DNA of 31,103 nt, from contig DAIENX010000112.1 of NCBI GenBank assembly GCA_027340875.1, forward strand, positions 1 to 31,103. Reading direction: 5' to 3'. This document shows positions 7,009 through 16,861 of this stretch, in pieces; positions within the stretch are counted from its first letter, which is position 1, and the number at the start of each line of letters is the position of its first letter. A program made the translations under genes and the position numbers. The notes beneath the pieces were generated by a model. That model worked only from the letters and a program-made list of their open reading frames with translations. It was not told the origin of the DNA and ran no database searches. This DNA comes from Elusimicrobiota bacterium (GTDB lineage: Bacteria > Elusimicrobiota > Elusimicrobia > Elusimicrobiales > UBA9959).

Positions 7009-8724
7009 CTAGACGTTGTGGGCCAGGAGGGCCAGCAGTATGAACTGGGAGTCTATCAGGGTCTCGGCGGTGGTGCGCTCCGGTATCCTGCCGAAGAAGA
7101 ACGTCAGCATCAGCACCATGTAGTACATCATGCCGGTCAGCAGCTCGGAGGCCAGCACCGGCTTCCAGCCGGTGCTCTTCAGGGTCAGCAGGATGGCCGA
7201 GAGCAGGACGAAGATGGAGAACAGGGTGAAATAGGTCAGCTTAGGTCCCGCCGCCTTGTAGAAGTTCTCGTTGCCCACTATCATGTCGCTGTGCGCGTGG
7301 CAGATGCCGAAAAGGACGGAGCGGATGAACACCAGCAGGAAAGCGAAGAAGACCGCCAGGTGGGTGGAATTGTTGAGCTCTCCGCCCCGCCACAGCGCCG
7401 GCACGTAGGCGCACATAAAGGCCCAGCCGAGGGCGGTCACTATGTCCTTCGACGCGGTGAAGCGGCCGAGCTTGTCGAAGCCCAGCGGCAGCTTGTAGGG
7501 GTACATCATGCCGATGAACCAGAAGAAGGCCGCCGTCAGGAAGACCTTCCAGCCAAGCGCCGCCGAAAGGAAGATGGCCAGAGCCCCGCTTATCATGGCC
7601 GCGAAGCGCGACTGCGTCCGGTAGCGCACGAACAGCAGCTTCCTGGCCCTGTCCGGCGCCGCGGCGCCCTTCTCCACGGCGCGGTTGGCGCTGTGCAGGC
7701 TGAAGGCGAACAGTCCGGCCATCAGCAGCAGCTCGCCCGACACCGGGGCGCCCTCCAGCTTCATGCAGACGTAGGTCAGCGCGGTCGCGGCTATGGCGGT
7801 GTAGAGCGAGGCCGTGGTGAAAAGCTTCCAGGCGAAGGAGACGCTCTCGAGGAGATGGTTCTCCTCGCGTTCGGCCAGCCCGTGGGCCTTTTCCAGGACT
7901 TTCTCTATCATCCAGGTGGGAGTGGACGCGCCGGCGGTTATGAAAACGCTGTAGATGCCGTCGAACAGCTCAGGCCGCAGTTCGTCCTCCTTCTCGATAT
8001 GAATAGCCTTTTTCGCCTGCCTTTCGCAGATCTGGAAAAGGCGGGCGGTGTTGGCGGAGTTCTTGCCGCCGACCACGATGACCAGGTCGGACTTGCTGGA
8101 GAACTCGACCGTCTCTTTCTGGCGCTGCTTCGTGGGATTGCAGATGGTGTTGGAGACGACCAGCTCGCCGGCTATTTTCCTGGCCTCTTCAGCCGCGGCG
8201 AGGAAGACGTCTCCCTCCTGCGTGGTCTGGGCTACTATGTTCGCCTTCTCCAGGCGGGGGAGCTTCTTAACTTCCTCGGGGCCGTCCACCACGAAGCCGC
8301 GCCCTCCGGTATAGCCCATCAGGCCCACCACCTCGGCGTGATCGCGGTCGCCTACGATTATGGTCGAGTAGCCCTGCTGGGCGTGCTTGCGGATGTTCTC
8401 CTGCACGTGCTTTACCAGCGGGCAGGTGGCGTCCACCACCTCCAGGTCCAGCGCGCGGATGCGGGCTTCCTCTTCCGGCGGTATGCCGTGCGCCCGGATG
8501 ACGAGGATGGCCTTCTTTTCCTTTATCTCGTCCGTGGACTTCACGGAGAGGACGTTCTTTTCCTTGAGGGTCTCGATGACCTGCTTGTTGTGGATAAGCG
8601 GTCCGAGGGTGTAGATGGTGCGCTGGCGGCTTTTGGCCAGCTCCAGCACCTTGTCTATGGCGTTCTTCACGCCGGGGCAGAACCCGGCGCTCCTGGCCAC
8701 GGTTATCTGGACTTTTCCGGACAT
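7009..8724 (-). CDS. ispH: 4-hydroxy-3-methylbut-2-enyl diphosphate reductase fused to a C-terminal UbiA-like membrane domain
   Basis: AGFCPGV, GPLIHN, IRAHG, DATCPLV, HAEV, QTT, NTICN, NSANT and TAGASTP motifs in about the first 285 aa; the remainder is multi-pass hydrophobic with KDIVTALGW. Confidence 0.92.
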   Translation of the reverse strand: MSGKVQITVARSAGFCPGVKNAIDKVLELAKSRQRTIYTLGPLIHNKQVIETLKEKNVLSVKSTDEIKEKKAILVIRAHGIPPEEEARIRALDLEVVDATCPLVKHVQENIRKHAQQGYSTIIVGDRDHAEVVGLMGYTGGRGFVVDGPEEVKKLPRLEKANIVAQTTQEGDVFLAAAEEARKIAGELVVSNTICNPTKQRQKETVEFSSKSDLVIVVGGKNSANTARLFQICERQAKKAIHIEKEDELRPELFDGIYSVFITAGASTPTWMIEKVLEKAHGLAEREENHLLESVSFAWKLFTTASLYTAIAATALTYVCMKLEGAPVSGELLLMAGLFAFSLHSANRAVEKGAAAPDRARKLLFVRYRTQSRFAAMISGALAIFLSAALGWKVFLTAAFFWFIGMMYPYKLPLGFDKLGRFTASKDIVTALGWAFMCAYVPALWRGGELNNSTHLAVFFAFLLVFIRSVLFGICHAHSDMIVGNENFYKAAGPKLTYFTLFSIFVLLSAILLTLKSTGWKPVLASELLTGMMYYMVLMLTFFFGRIPERTTAETLIDSQFILLALLAHNV

Positions 8725-8766
8725 CTCAGGTCAATTCTATCATTTTGGGGAGAACTCTCTCTGTGT

Positions 8767-8921
8767 CGGGTCCTGTCGGCGGTTTGCCTCGTCAGGCACG
8801 CTATCGGCCGCATAGCGGCCGCGCTCGCGCACTGCGGTGTTGCTTCGCTCCACCCGGTCCTCACGCTTACGCAAGTTCGGACCTGCGCGACGGCCTTCCG
8901 AGGCAAAGCCGCCGGCACCCG
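8767..8921 (+). repeat. Structured intergenic repeat, copy 1
   Basis: Long terminal stem 8767-8791/8899-8921; shares blocks with 16882-17084 and with 17225-17368 on the minus strand. Confidence 0.8.
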
Positions 8922-8963
8922 CCAAGTCAAAATGCCTTCCGGCAAACTTTGTAGAATCTTGGT

Positions 8964-10982
8964 ATGGAAGGCAGGTTCAAGCTGGAGGCGCCGTTCAAAG
9001 CGTCGGGGGACCAGCCGGCAGCTATAGAAGCGCTGGCGAAGGGCGTGCTGGGCGGCAAGGCCAACCAGACCCTGCTGGGAGTCACCGGCAGCGGCAAGAC
9101 TTTCACTATGGCCGCGCTGGTGCAGAAGCTGCAGCGCCCGGCGCTTGTGATCTCGCCCAACAAGGTGCTGGCGGCCCAGCTCTATTCCGAGTTCAAGACC
9201 TTCTTCCCCGAGAACGCCGTGGAGTACTTCGTCTCGTACTACGACTATTACCAGCCGGAAGCCTACATCCCGTCCACCGACACCTACATCGAGAAGGACT
9301 CCTCGATAAACGACCATATCGACAAGCTGCGGTTGAAGGCCACAACGTCCATCCTGACGCGCAAGGACACGTTGGTGGTGGCTTCGGTCTCTTCCATCTA
9401 CAATATCGGCTCGCCGGAGAACTTCTCCGAGCTTTGCCTGCACCTGAAGGTGGGGAACAAGGCCGACCGCAGAGAGCTGACCCGCTTTTTGGTGAGCATC
9501 CACTACGACCGCAACGAGACCGCCTTCGAGCGCGGTACTTTCAGGATGCGCGGCGCCAACCTGGACATCTTCCCCGGGGATTCCGACACCGCGTGGCGCG
9601 TGCAGCTGGGCGATACGATAGAGGCGGTCAAGGAGATAGACCCTCTCACCGGCGACACCATACGCGAGCTGAAAGAGACCTGGATCTTCCCGGCCACGCA
9701 TTTCGTCTCCACGGCGGGCGAGGTGGAGACCGCCGCGGCCTCCATAGAGGCCGAGCTGGCCGAGCGCCTGAACGTGCTGAAGGGGCAGGGCAAGCTGCTG
9801 GAAGCGGAGCGGCTCTCCCAGCGCGTGCGCTACGACCTGGAGATGATACGCCAGACCGGCTTCTGCTCCGGCATAGAGAACTATTCCCGCCATCTAGCCA
9901 ACCGCGCGCCGGGCAGCAGGCCGGACTGCCTTTTCGATTATTTTAAAGATGATTTCCTGCTGTTCATAGACGAGTCGCACGTGGCGGTGCCGCAGATACG
10001 CGGCATGTACGAGGGCGACCGCGCGCGCAAGCAGACGCTGGTGGACTTCGGCTTCCGGCTGCCGTCGGCGCTGGACAACAGGCCGCTGAAGTTCGACGAG
10101 TTCGAGACGCTGCGGCCCTCCACCGTCTTCGTGTCGGCCACGCCCGGGCCCTACGAGCTGCAGCACTGCTCCAAGGACGACATCGTGGAGCAGATCATCC
10201 GCCCGACGGGCCTGGTGGACCCGGAAGTGAAGATCATGCCGGTGACCGGCCAGATCAAGTCGCTCACCGAGGAGATAGCCAGGCGCGCGGCCAAGAAGGA
10301 GCGCACGCTGGTACTGACGCTCACCAAGAAGACGGCCGAGGACCTGAGCGACTACCTGAAGGAGAAGGGCCTGAAGGCGCGCTACATGCACTCCGACATG
10401 GACACACTGGAGCGGCTGGACATCCTGGGCGACTTCCGCAAGGGGGAGTTCGACGCCCTGGTGGGCATCAACCTGCTCCGCGAGGGCCTCGATATTCCCG
10501 AGGTCACGCTGGTAGCCATACTCAACGCCGACAACGAGGGTTTCCTCCGTAGCGAGACCACGCTGATACAGATCTCCGGCCGCGCGGCCCGCAACCTCTG
10601 CGGAGAGGTGATACTTTTCGCCGACCGCATGACCGGCTCCATGGAACGCGCGATAGCGGAGATGAAGCGCCGCCGCGACAGGCAGGTCGCCTTCAATAAG
10701 AAGCACAATATTAAGCCGCAGAGCATCGTGAAGAAGTTCGTCGAATACGAAGAGCTGCGCACGCAGGCCAAGCGCCAGGGCATAGCCGTGGCCGAGCCGC
10801 TGCCGAAAGGCCTCTCAAAGTCCGGAGCGCAGGCCATGGCCGGCGAGCTCGAGCGCCGCATGCGCGACGCTGCCGACAACCTCAACTTCGAGTTGGCCGC
10901 CGATCTGCGCGACCGCCTGATGGAGCTGCGCGAGATGTCCGGCATAAAACTGAAAGCAGTGAAGTCCCGCGGGAAACGCTAG
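8964..10982 (+). CDS. uvrB: Excinuclease ABC subunit B
   Basis: GDQP, LGVTGSGKT, YFVSYYDYYQPEAY, IDESH, GINLLREGLDIPEV, GRAARN and C-terminal UVR domain. Confidence 0.98.
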   Translation: MEGRFKLEAPFKASGDQPAAIEALAKGVLGGKANQTLLGVTGSGKTFTMAALVQKLQRPALVISPNKVLAAQLYSEFKTFFPENAVEYFVSYYDYYQPEAYIPSTDTYIEKDSSINDHIDKLRLKATTSILTRKDTLVVASVSSIYNIGSPENFSELCLHLKVGNKADRRELTRFLVSIHYDRNETAFERGTFRMRGANLDIFPGDSDTAWRVQLGDTIEAVKEIDPLTGDTIRELKETWIFPATHFVSTAGEVETAAASIEAELAERLNVLKGQGKLLEAERLSQRVRYDLEMIRQTGFCSGIENYSRHLANRAPGSRPDCLFDYFKDDFLLFIDESHVAVPQIRGMYEGDRARKQTLVDFGFRLPSALDNRPLKFDEFETLRPSTVFVSATPGPYELQHCSKDDIVEQIIRPTGLVDPEVKIMPVTGQIKSLTEEIARRAAKKERTLVLTLTKKTAEDLSDYLKEKGLKARYMHSDMDTLERLDILGDFRKGEFDALVGINLLREGLDIPEVTLVAILNADNEGFLRSETTLIQISGRAARNLCGEVILFADRMTGSMERAIAEMKRRRDRQVAFNKKHNIKPQSIVKKFVEYEELRTQAKRQGIAVAEPLPKGLSKSGAQAMAGELERRMRDAADNLNFELAADLRDRLMELREMSGIKLKAVKSRGKR

Positions 10983-11218
10983 GCTGTTTTTCGGTCCGTC
11001 ATTCTTTAATTCCGGAACTATTAATTAAGAAATGTATCCCGTAGAATCCTCTCGTTTTTTGTTATTATGGATAACATCGGGCGCGCTTACAGCCGCGAAA
11101 TTCAAAAAATAGCGCCGCCGGAAGGGTGAAAAAACCGGGGGAAGTGACGGTAACCGCTTGTGCTCCTGCGGGTATGTGCGGTTCCATTAAGTTATACTTG
11201 CAGGGAGGAGAATGACCC

Positions 11219-11995
11219 ATGAAAGGACTCTGGAACGATCTGCTCCGCAGGCCCGGCGCGGCTCTCCGCTACGGAGCGATCCTTGCCTGCCTTGCCGTGC
11301 CCATGACGGGGCGCGCCCGCGCCGACAGCGCTATTGACCCGGCCAGGCAGATCATGGGGCGGGTGACCTACCCGGCAAAGGCCTGGACCATAGATTCCTG
11401 GCTGGATTATCACCTCAACAAGTTCAAGGACGAAAATCGGGACACCCTCAGTCACACTCTGGAGCTCGGCTATGGATTCACCGACAGCCTGAGCATGGAG
11501 TGGGGCATTGAATCACGGGAAGGGCCCAGGCGCTCTTTCATCTACGACCGCCTGCAGTTAGAAGCGCGCTATCAGGTACTGAAGCGGCCTTTCCAGCTGG
11601 CGCCTGTTTTGGGATACGCTCCTTCCCTGCGCGGAGGGCCGGACAGACTGGAGCTTGCCCTGGAGGCGATAAAAAATTCAGGCGACTATTTCTTTCAGTT
11701 CATGGGAGGCGCAGACTCGGAGAACGAGGGCTCGGGCCGCGAGCTCGGGGGCTCCGTGCAATTAGGGGTCTATCATCGCTTCGGCGCGGGGAGCGTGGTG
11801 GGCGGAGCGTGGAAATATCAAAGCGACGGCGAACAGGAACTGAGCGTTCCAGTGTCCGTGGTCCTGGGAAAGGACGTGTTTTTCGGTTTCACCCCGTCGT
11901 TCGGGCTTTCACGGCGCGCGCCGGAGCTGAGCGCGCTGTTCCTGGTCGATATCTATTTCGGACCTTACGCCCTGCTGGACTGGATGCTTGAATGA
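11219..11995 (+). CDS. Hypothetical exported protein, probable outer-membrane beta-barrel
   Basis: Signal-peptide-like segment ending ARA; alternating amphipathic strands (LELGYGFTD, LQLEARYQ, VQLGVYHRF, FLVDIYF); GGAGG upstream. Confidence 0.6.
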   Translation: MKGLWNDLLRRPGAALRYGAILACLAVPMTGRARADSAIDPARQIMGRVTYPAKAWTIDSWLDYHLNKFKDENRDTLSHTLELGYGFTDSLSMEWGIESREGPRRSFIYDRLQLEARYQVLKRPFQLAPVLGYAPSLRGGPDRLELALEAIKNSGDYFFQFMGGADSENEGSGRELGGSVQLGVYHRFGAGSVVGGAWKYQSDGEQELSVPVSVVLGKDVFFGFTPSFGLSRRAPELSALFLVDIYFGPYALLDWMLE

Positions 11996-12549
11996 AGCGC
12001 CTGGCTGTCTTGATAACGGCCGCGGCCCTGGCCTTTCCGGCGCCCGCGCTGCCGGCCGGGGCGGCCCTGCCCGTGCCGCCACAGCAGATGTTCGAGGCCA
12101 TGCAGCTTTATATAGAGCAGGGCGATTTCGACAAGGCCGGCCGCATCCTGGAAAAAATGGTCCCCCTGCTTGACGAACTCAAGACGGCTTACGGAACCGA
12201 CCTTTACGGAGAAACCCGCCTGGCGCTGAAAAAGAACGACGCCTGGGAAGCCCAGTCCGCCGTGCTTAAAGTGGTGTATTTCCACATGAAGAGCGAACTC
12301 TCCAGGGCGATCGTGCAGAGCGGCCGGTCCGCGGCGGTGGCTGTCCGGGTGGCCTACCTGGATTACCTCTTTCTCGCTCCACGCGTTTCGCGCAAAAACT
12401 CCGGGCTCGCGGGCGAGGCCGAGCGGCGCTTCAAAGCGGTCTACGAACTGGTATCTTCCGGCCGTGCCGGCCCGGAGCGAGAAAAGGAAACCTGGGCTCA
12501 CGTCCGGGAAATAGAGCGGATCTGCCTGCTGGCGCTGGAAACGGGATAG
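11992..12549 (+). CDS. Hypothetical secreted alpha-helical protein
   Basis: ATGA overlap with the upstream gene; signal peptide MKRLAVLITAAALAFPAPALP; helical composition. Confidence 0.7.
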   Translation: MKRLAVLITAAALAFPAPALPAGAALPVPPQQMFEAMQLYIEQGDFDKAGRILEKMVPLLDELKTAYGTDLYGETRLALKKNDAWEAQSAVLKVVYFHMKSELSRAIVQSGRSAAVAVRVAYLDYLFLAPRVSRKNSGLAGEAERRFKAVYELVSSGRAGPEREKETWAHVREIERICLLALETG

Positions 12550-12555
12550 GACCAT

Positions 12556-14463
12556 ATGAAATTCCGCACAAAGCTGACTCTGGGTATGGCGGCTGTTCTA
12601 TTCGGAACGGCGCTGGCCTTTTTAGCGTTCTTCTCGGTGCTGGCGCGGAACCTGGCCGTGGAAAGGATGGAGGAGAAGGCCCTGGCCCTGGCGCGGAACC
12701 TGGCCTCCAACAGCAGCGAGGCCGTCTACACCGATGACCTCTACAAGCAGCTCGCGCCTCTTCTCAAAAGCATGCTGGCCACCCCGGACGTGCTCGCGGC
12801 CTCGGTGCTGGACGCCTCTGGCAGGGTCCTCGCCTCGGCCGGGGAGGCCGCCCCCGGAGCGGCCGAATCCGGCTGGCGCGACGCGCCCGGCGGCCGGGTG
12901 TTCGCTGCGACGGCGCCGGTATCCCCGCCCGCTGCCGGACTTGCACGCAAGGACAAGCCCGTAGGCTACGTACGGGTGGCGGTCTCGTTCAAGAGGCTCC
13001 GGGCCGGCATCCGGCGCATGCTGCTGCGGAGCGCTGCCTTAGCGCTTTTAATGGCCGCCACCGGCCTGCTTCTGGCGGCTCTCCTGTCCCGGCGCCTGAC
13101 GCGGCCGATAGTAAGGATCCTGGAGGCCGACGAAGCGGTGGTGCGCGGCGACAGGGAGAAATCGGATATTCCGGAAGCCGAGATCCCGGACGACGAACTG
13201 GGCCGGATCATGCGTTCGCGCTCGGTCATGATAGCGGCCACGCGCCGCTCGGAGAAGGAACTGCAGACTTTAGCGGAAAATGAGCGGAACAGGGCCGCCG
13301 AACTGGAAAAAGCCTATCTGGAACTCCGGGGCCTGAGGGAACAGCTTACACAGTCGGAAAAACTTTCTCTGCTTGGACAGGTGGTTTCCGGGGTCGCGCA
13401 CGAGATCAACAATCCGCTGTCTGGCATCATGGGATTTTCCGAGCTGCTCCTGAAGGAACAGCTCGTTCGGGAGCAGCCCCGGATGCGCGAGGACGTGGCC
13501 TCCATCCTGCACGAAGCCAAACGGTGCCAGGCGGTGGTCAAGGGGCTTACCGGCTTCGCACGCAAGCGCAAGCCGGAAAAATCACTGCTCTCCGTCAACG
13601 CCGTGCTTGAGCAGTCCCTGAAATTCGAAGCCTCCCTGCTGAAGACCCGCAATATCCTGGTGAAACGGGAGTTCGACCCCTCCCTTCCATACACCTTGGC
13701 CGACTACTACCAGCTGCAGCAGGTCTTCATGAACCTTTTCGTCAACGCCCAGCAGGCCATGGCGGAGCAGAAAGGCGGCGGGACCCTGACGGTCCGCACG
13801 CGCCTGGCCGGCGGCCTGATACGCGTGGAGGTCGAAGACGACGGCCCCGGCATCCCCCCGGAGAATCTGTGCCGCGTGTTCGAGCCTTTCTTTACCACCA
13901 AGGAGCCGGGAAAGGGGACCGGCCTTGGCCTTTCGCTTTCCTACGGGATCGTTTCGGAGCACGGCGGGACGATCCGGGCCGAAAGCCGGCCCGGGAAAGG
14001 GGCGCTCTTCGTGGTCGAACTTCCGGTGCTGAAGGAAGCCCCGGCAGCGGGCGGCGCGGAAAGCGCGGCCGCTTCGCCGCTCGCCGGGCTTAAGGTCCTG
14101 GTGGTGGACGACGAAATACTGATCCGCAACGTTTCAGTAAGGCTCCTGCGCGCCATGGACTGCGACCCCGACACGGCCGCGGGGGGCGCGGAGGCGATGC
14201 GGAAACTGAAAACGAACGATTACGACGTGGTCATCTCCGACATCCGCATGCCGGATATGGACGGCAGGGAGCTCTATCACTGGGTCCGTGAGAACAAGCC
14301 GGAATTCGCCTCCAGGTGGATCTTTATGACGGGTTCCACGAGTTCCGACGAGCTGGTCAGTACCGACGGAACAGGAAGGCCCAGCATCCATAAGCCCTTC
14401 ACCTTCGAATCCCTTCAGCAGCGGCTCCAGAGCATGCCGCGCGCCGCCCGACGGCCGCAGTAA
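12556..14463 (+). CDS. Membrane-bound hybrid sensor histidine kinase (2 TM, periplasmic sensor, HAMP, HisKA, HATPase, receiver)
   Basis: H-box [11 protein letters not shown]-box [29 protein letters not shown]; receiver VLVVDD...SDIRMP...KPF. Confidence 0.93.
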   Translation: MKFRTKLTLGMAAVLFGTALAFLAFFSVLARNLAVERMEEKALALARNLASNSSEAVYTDDLYKQLAPLLKSMLATPDVLAASVLDASGRVLASAGEAAPGAAESGWRDAPGGRVFAATAPVSPPAAGLARKDKPVGYVRVAVSFKRLRAGIRRMLLRSAALALLMAATGLLLAALLSRRLTRPIVRILEADEAVVRGDREKSDIPEAEIPDDELGRIMRSRSVMIAATRRSEKELQTLAENERNRAAELEKAYLELRGLREQLTQSEKLSLLGQVVSGVAHEINNPLSGIMGFSELLLKEQLVREQPRMREDVASILHEAKRCQAVVKGLTGFARKRKPEKSLLSVNAVLEQSLKFEASLLKTRNILVKREFDPSLPYTLADYYQLQQVFMNLFVNAQQAMAEQKGGGTLTVRTRLAGGLIRVEVEDDGPGIPPENLCRVFEPFFTTKEPGKGTGLGLSLSYGIVSEHGGTIRAESRPGKGALFVVELPVLKEAPAAGGAESAAASPLAGLKVLVVDDEILIRNVSVRLLRAMDCDPDTAAGGAEAMRKLKTNDYDVVISDIRMPDMDGRELYHWVRENKPEFASRWIFMTGSTSSDELVSTDGTGRPSIHKPFTFESLQQRLQSMPRAARRPQ

Positions 14464-14491
14464 TATGGAAAAGGTGGCTTCCTTCCGGAAT

Positions 14492-14541
14492 TTATGGGGG
14501 ACAAGTATTTAATTTCGGAATTAAGTATTATGTCCCCATAA
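14492..14541. repeat. AT-rich imperfect palindrome (REP/MITE-like)
   Basis: TTATGGGGGACAAGTATTTAATT-TCGG-AATTAAGTATTATGTCCCCATAA. Confidence 0.65.
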
Positions 14542-14584
14542 CTGTCCGCGCTTATGCTGCCTGCAGTTTGGTAAAATTTAAGGG

Positions 14585-15433
14585 ATGAAGCAGTTCGACG
14601 CGGTCATAAAGGCGGCGCTGAGGGAAGATGTCGGTACGGGTGACGTCACCACCCGTTTTTTTGTGCCGCTCGGGACCAGGTTCAAGGGCAGGATATTCGC
14701 CAAGGACAGCGGCGTGGTCAGCGGCCTGGAAGTAGCGAAGCGCGTCTTCCAGCTCGCCGCCAAAGGCTCCAAAGTAAAGCTGGTCAGGAAGGACGGCGCC
14801 CGTGTAAAGAAGGGCGACTCCCTGATGCTGGTAGAAGGCCCCGCTTCCATACTCACCGCCGAGCGCACCGCGCTCAACTTCATGCAGCATATGAGCGGCG
14901 TGGCCACGAAGGCCGCGCAGTTCTCCGCCGTTATCAGACATCCCCGCACCAAGATCTACGACACCCGCAAGACCCTGCCGGGGCTTCGCGCGATAGAGAA
15001 GTACGCCGTGCTCTGCGGCGGCGGCCGCAACCACCGCCTGGGCCTCTACGACATGGCCATGATCAAGGACAACCACGTCGCCTTCGCCGGCAACGACCCC
15101 GCCGTCCTGGGCGGCCGCATAAAGGCCATGCGCCGCGCCAATCCTCGCGTCAGGATAGAGATAGAGGCGGATACGCTGGCCCAGGTGAAGGCCTTCCTGC
15201 CGCTAGGAGCCGACGTGATAATGCTGGACAATATGCCTTACGGCGAGATGAAGAAGGCCATCGCCTTCATCCGCTCCCGCAAGGGTAAAGTGCCGGAAAT
15301 AGAGATCTCGGGCGGAGTGGACCTGAAGATGGCCGCCCGCTATTCGAAGCTGGGGGCCGACCGTATCTCGGTAGGCTCCATCACCAGCGGCGCCAGGCCG
15401 CTGGATATCTCTTTCGAGGTGAAAACGAAATGA
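14585..15433 (+). CDS. nadC: Nicotinate-nucleotide pyrophosphorylase (quinolinate phosphoribosyltransferase)
   Basis: EDVGTGDVTT, ERTALNF, DTRKTLPG, NHRLGL, IKDNH, IMLDN and ISGG motifs. Confidence 0.96.
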   Translation: MKQFDAVIKAALREDVGTGDVTTRFFVPLGTRFKGRIFAKDSGVVSGLEVAKRVFQLAAKGSKVKLVRKDGARVKKGDSLMLVEGPASILTAERTALNFMQHMSGVATKAAQFSAVIRHPRTKIYDTRKTLPGLRAIEKYAVLCGGGRNHRLGLYDMAMIKDNHVAFAGNDPAVLGGRIKAMRRANPRVRIEIEADTLAQVKAFLPLGADVIMLDNMPYGEMKKAIAFIRSRKGKVPEIEISGGVDLKMAARYSKLGADRISVGSITSGARPLDISFEVKTK

Positions 15434-16035
15434 AAACCTGCAAATGCGGTCTCAGCCTGGACGGTCTGCCGGGCATCAGCAAGATAGTCTGTCTGGAGGA
15501 GGTGGAGTCCACCCAGGCCGTGGCCCGCGAGCTGGCCGAGGAAGGCAGCGCCGAGAGGACCGTAGTGCTGGCCGAATGCCAGACCGCCGGCAAGGGCCAG
15601 CCCGGCAAGGACTGGGAGGCGGCCGAGGGCGGCATCTACCTGACGCTGCTCCTGAAGCCCGAATCCGACCTGAAGTTCCTGCCGGACCTCGGCGTGCTGG
15701 CCGGCAAGGTGGTCGGCGAGACCCTTACCGGGCTTTACGGCATCAAAACCCGCATCAAGAAGCCCAACGACGTCTACGCCTGGCACCCGCGCCGCCGCAA
15801 GTGGCTGAAGATAGCCGGCATACTCACGGAGTCCTCCTCCAGCGGCGGCGAGACCAGCTGGCTGCTGCTGGGGATGGGCGTCAACCTGAACAATACCCTG
15901 AAGCTCGACACCGCCGTCAGCGTGAAGGCCCTCCAGGGCGCCGACGTCAAGCGCGAGGATTTCCTCGGGAAGTTCTTCGAACTGTTCTGGGTGCGGTATT
16001 CCGAGTGGGAATACTCCAGCCGGGCGCGCTCGTGA
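15430..16035 (+). CDS. birA: Biotin--protein ligase-like protein (catalytic domain only)
   Basis: STQ, QTAGKG...W, PNDV, KIAGILTE and GMGVNL motifs; ATGA overlap with nadC. Confidence 0.78.
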   Translation: MKTCKCGLSLDGLPGISKIVCLEEVESTQAVARELAEEGSAERTVVLAECQTAGKGQPGKDWEAAEGGIYLTLLLKPESDLKFLPDLGVLAGKVVGETLTGLYGIKTRIKKPNDVYAWHPRRRKWLKIAGILTESSSSGGETSWLLLGMGVNLNNTLKLDTAVSVKALQGADVKREDFLGKFFELFWVRYSEWEYSSRARS

Positions 16036-16859
16036 ATCCTTCCCGGCTGAAGGAGATAGCCCTCTCAGCCGGGGCCTCCGCGGCCGGTATAGCGCCGGCC
16101 GCTTTCCTTGCTGAAATAACCCGCTTTTCCGGCGCCCTGGAGGGCCGACCGCGCGGACTGGCCTACCTGGACCGCGACCTCTCCCGCCGCGAAAATATAA
16201 GGAACTGGTATGCGGAAGCGCGCTGCGCGCTGATGTGCGCATTCCGCTACTGGACGCCGGGTATGGACTATTCTTCGGAGCTGGCGAAGGCCGGCGAGCC
16301 GATGTCCTACCTGAGGAATTCCGGCCGTAAGCTTTACCAGCCCGTCCTGCTGGCGAGGGCCGGGGCGAAGCTGTCGCGCTATGTGCTCTGCAGGGACTAC
16401 CATATAGCCGTCAAGGAGAAGCTGGCCGCTATACTGGAGGCGATAAGGAAGGAAGCTCCCGCGGCTGACGGGAAACTTTTCTGCGACAGCTCGCCGGTGC
16501 TCGAGAAGGAGCTCGGCCGGCTGGCGGGGCTGGGCTTCAGGGGGAAGAACACGCTGCTGATCTCCCCGGGGCAGGGCAGCTATTTCTTCCTGGGCGGGAT
16601 AGCGCTGAACTTCGAAGCGGAGGCGGACGCCCCGTGCGCCGGCTCCTGCGGCTCCTGCGACGCCTGCGAGCGGGCCTGCCCGACCGGCGCTCTCAAAGGC
16701 GGGACGCTGGACGCCTCGCGCTGCATCTCGTACTGGACCACGCAGGCCAAGGAAAATATCCCTCCCGAGATAGATGCCCTAAACCCCGGCTGGGCCTACG
16801 GCTGCGACATCTGTCAGGAAGCATGCCCGTACAACGCGAAAAGTAGCAACTATCGGTAG
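16032..16859 (+). CDS. queG: Epoxyqueuosine reductase
   Basis: GTG 16032 overlaps the birA stop (GTGA); SRY...DYH, CDSSPVLEK, GKNTLLI, CGSCDACERACPTGAL, CISYWT and YGCDICQEACPYN motifs. Confidence 0.92.
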   Translation: MNPSRLKEIALSAGASAAGIAPAAFLAEITRFSGALEGRPRGLAYLDRDLSRRENIRNWYAEARCALMCAFRYWTPGMDYSSELAKAGEPMSYLRNSGRKLYQPVLLARAGAKLSRYVLCRDYHIAVKEKLAAILEAIRKEAPAADGKLFCDSSPVLEKELGRLAGLGFRGKNTLLISPGQGSYFFLGGIALNFEAEADAPCAGSCGSCDACERACPTGALKGGTLDASRCISYWTTQAKENIPPEIDALNPGWAYGCDICQEACPYNAKSSNYR

Positions 16860-16861
16860 TG

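Noticed and set aside
11050..11210. Possible riboswitch (e.g. cobalamin) upstream of the outer-membrane protein gene
   Set aside because: Only a GGGAAG-like fragment is present. I could not identify the conserved core or a terminator; an Rfam scan would be needed.
15444..16031. N-terminal 196-aa extension of the queG ORF
   Set aside because: It is an alternate frame of birA; QueG similarity begins at GTG 16032, which overlaps the birA stop.
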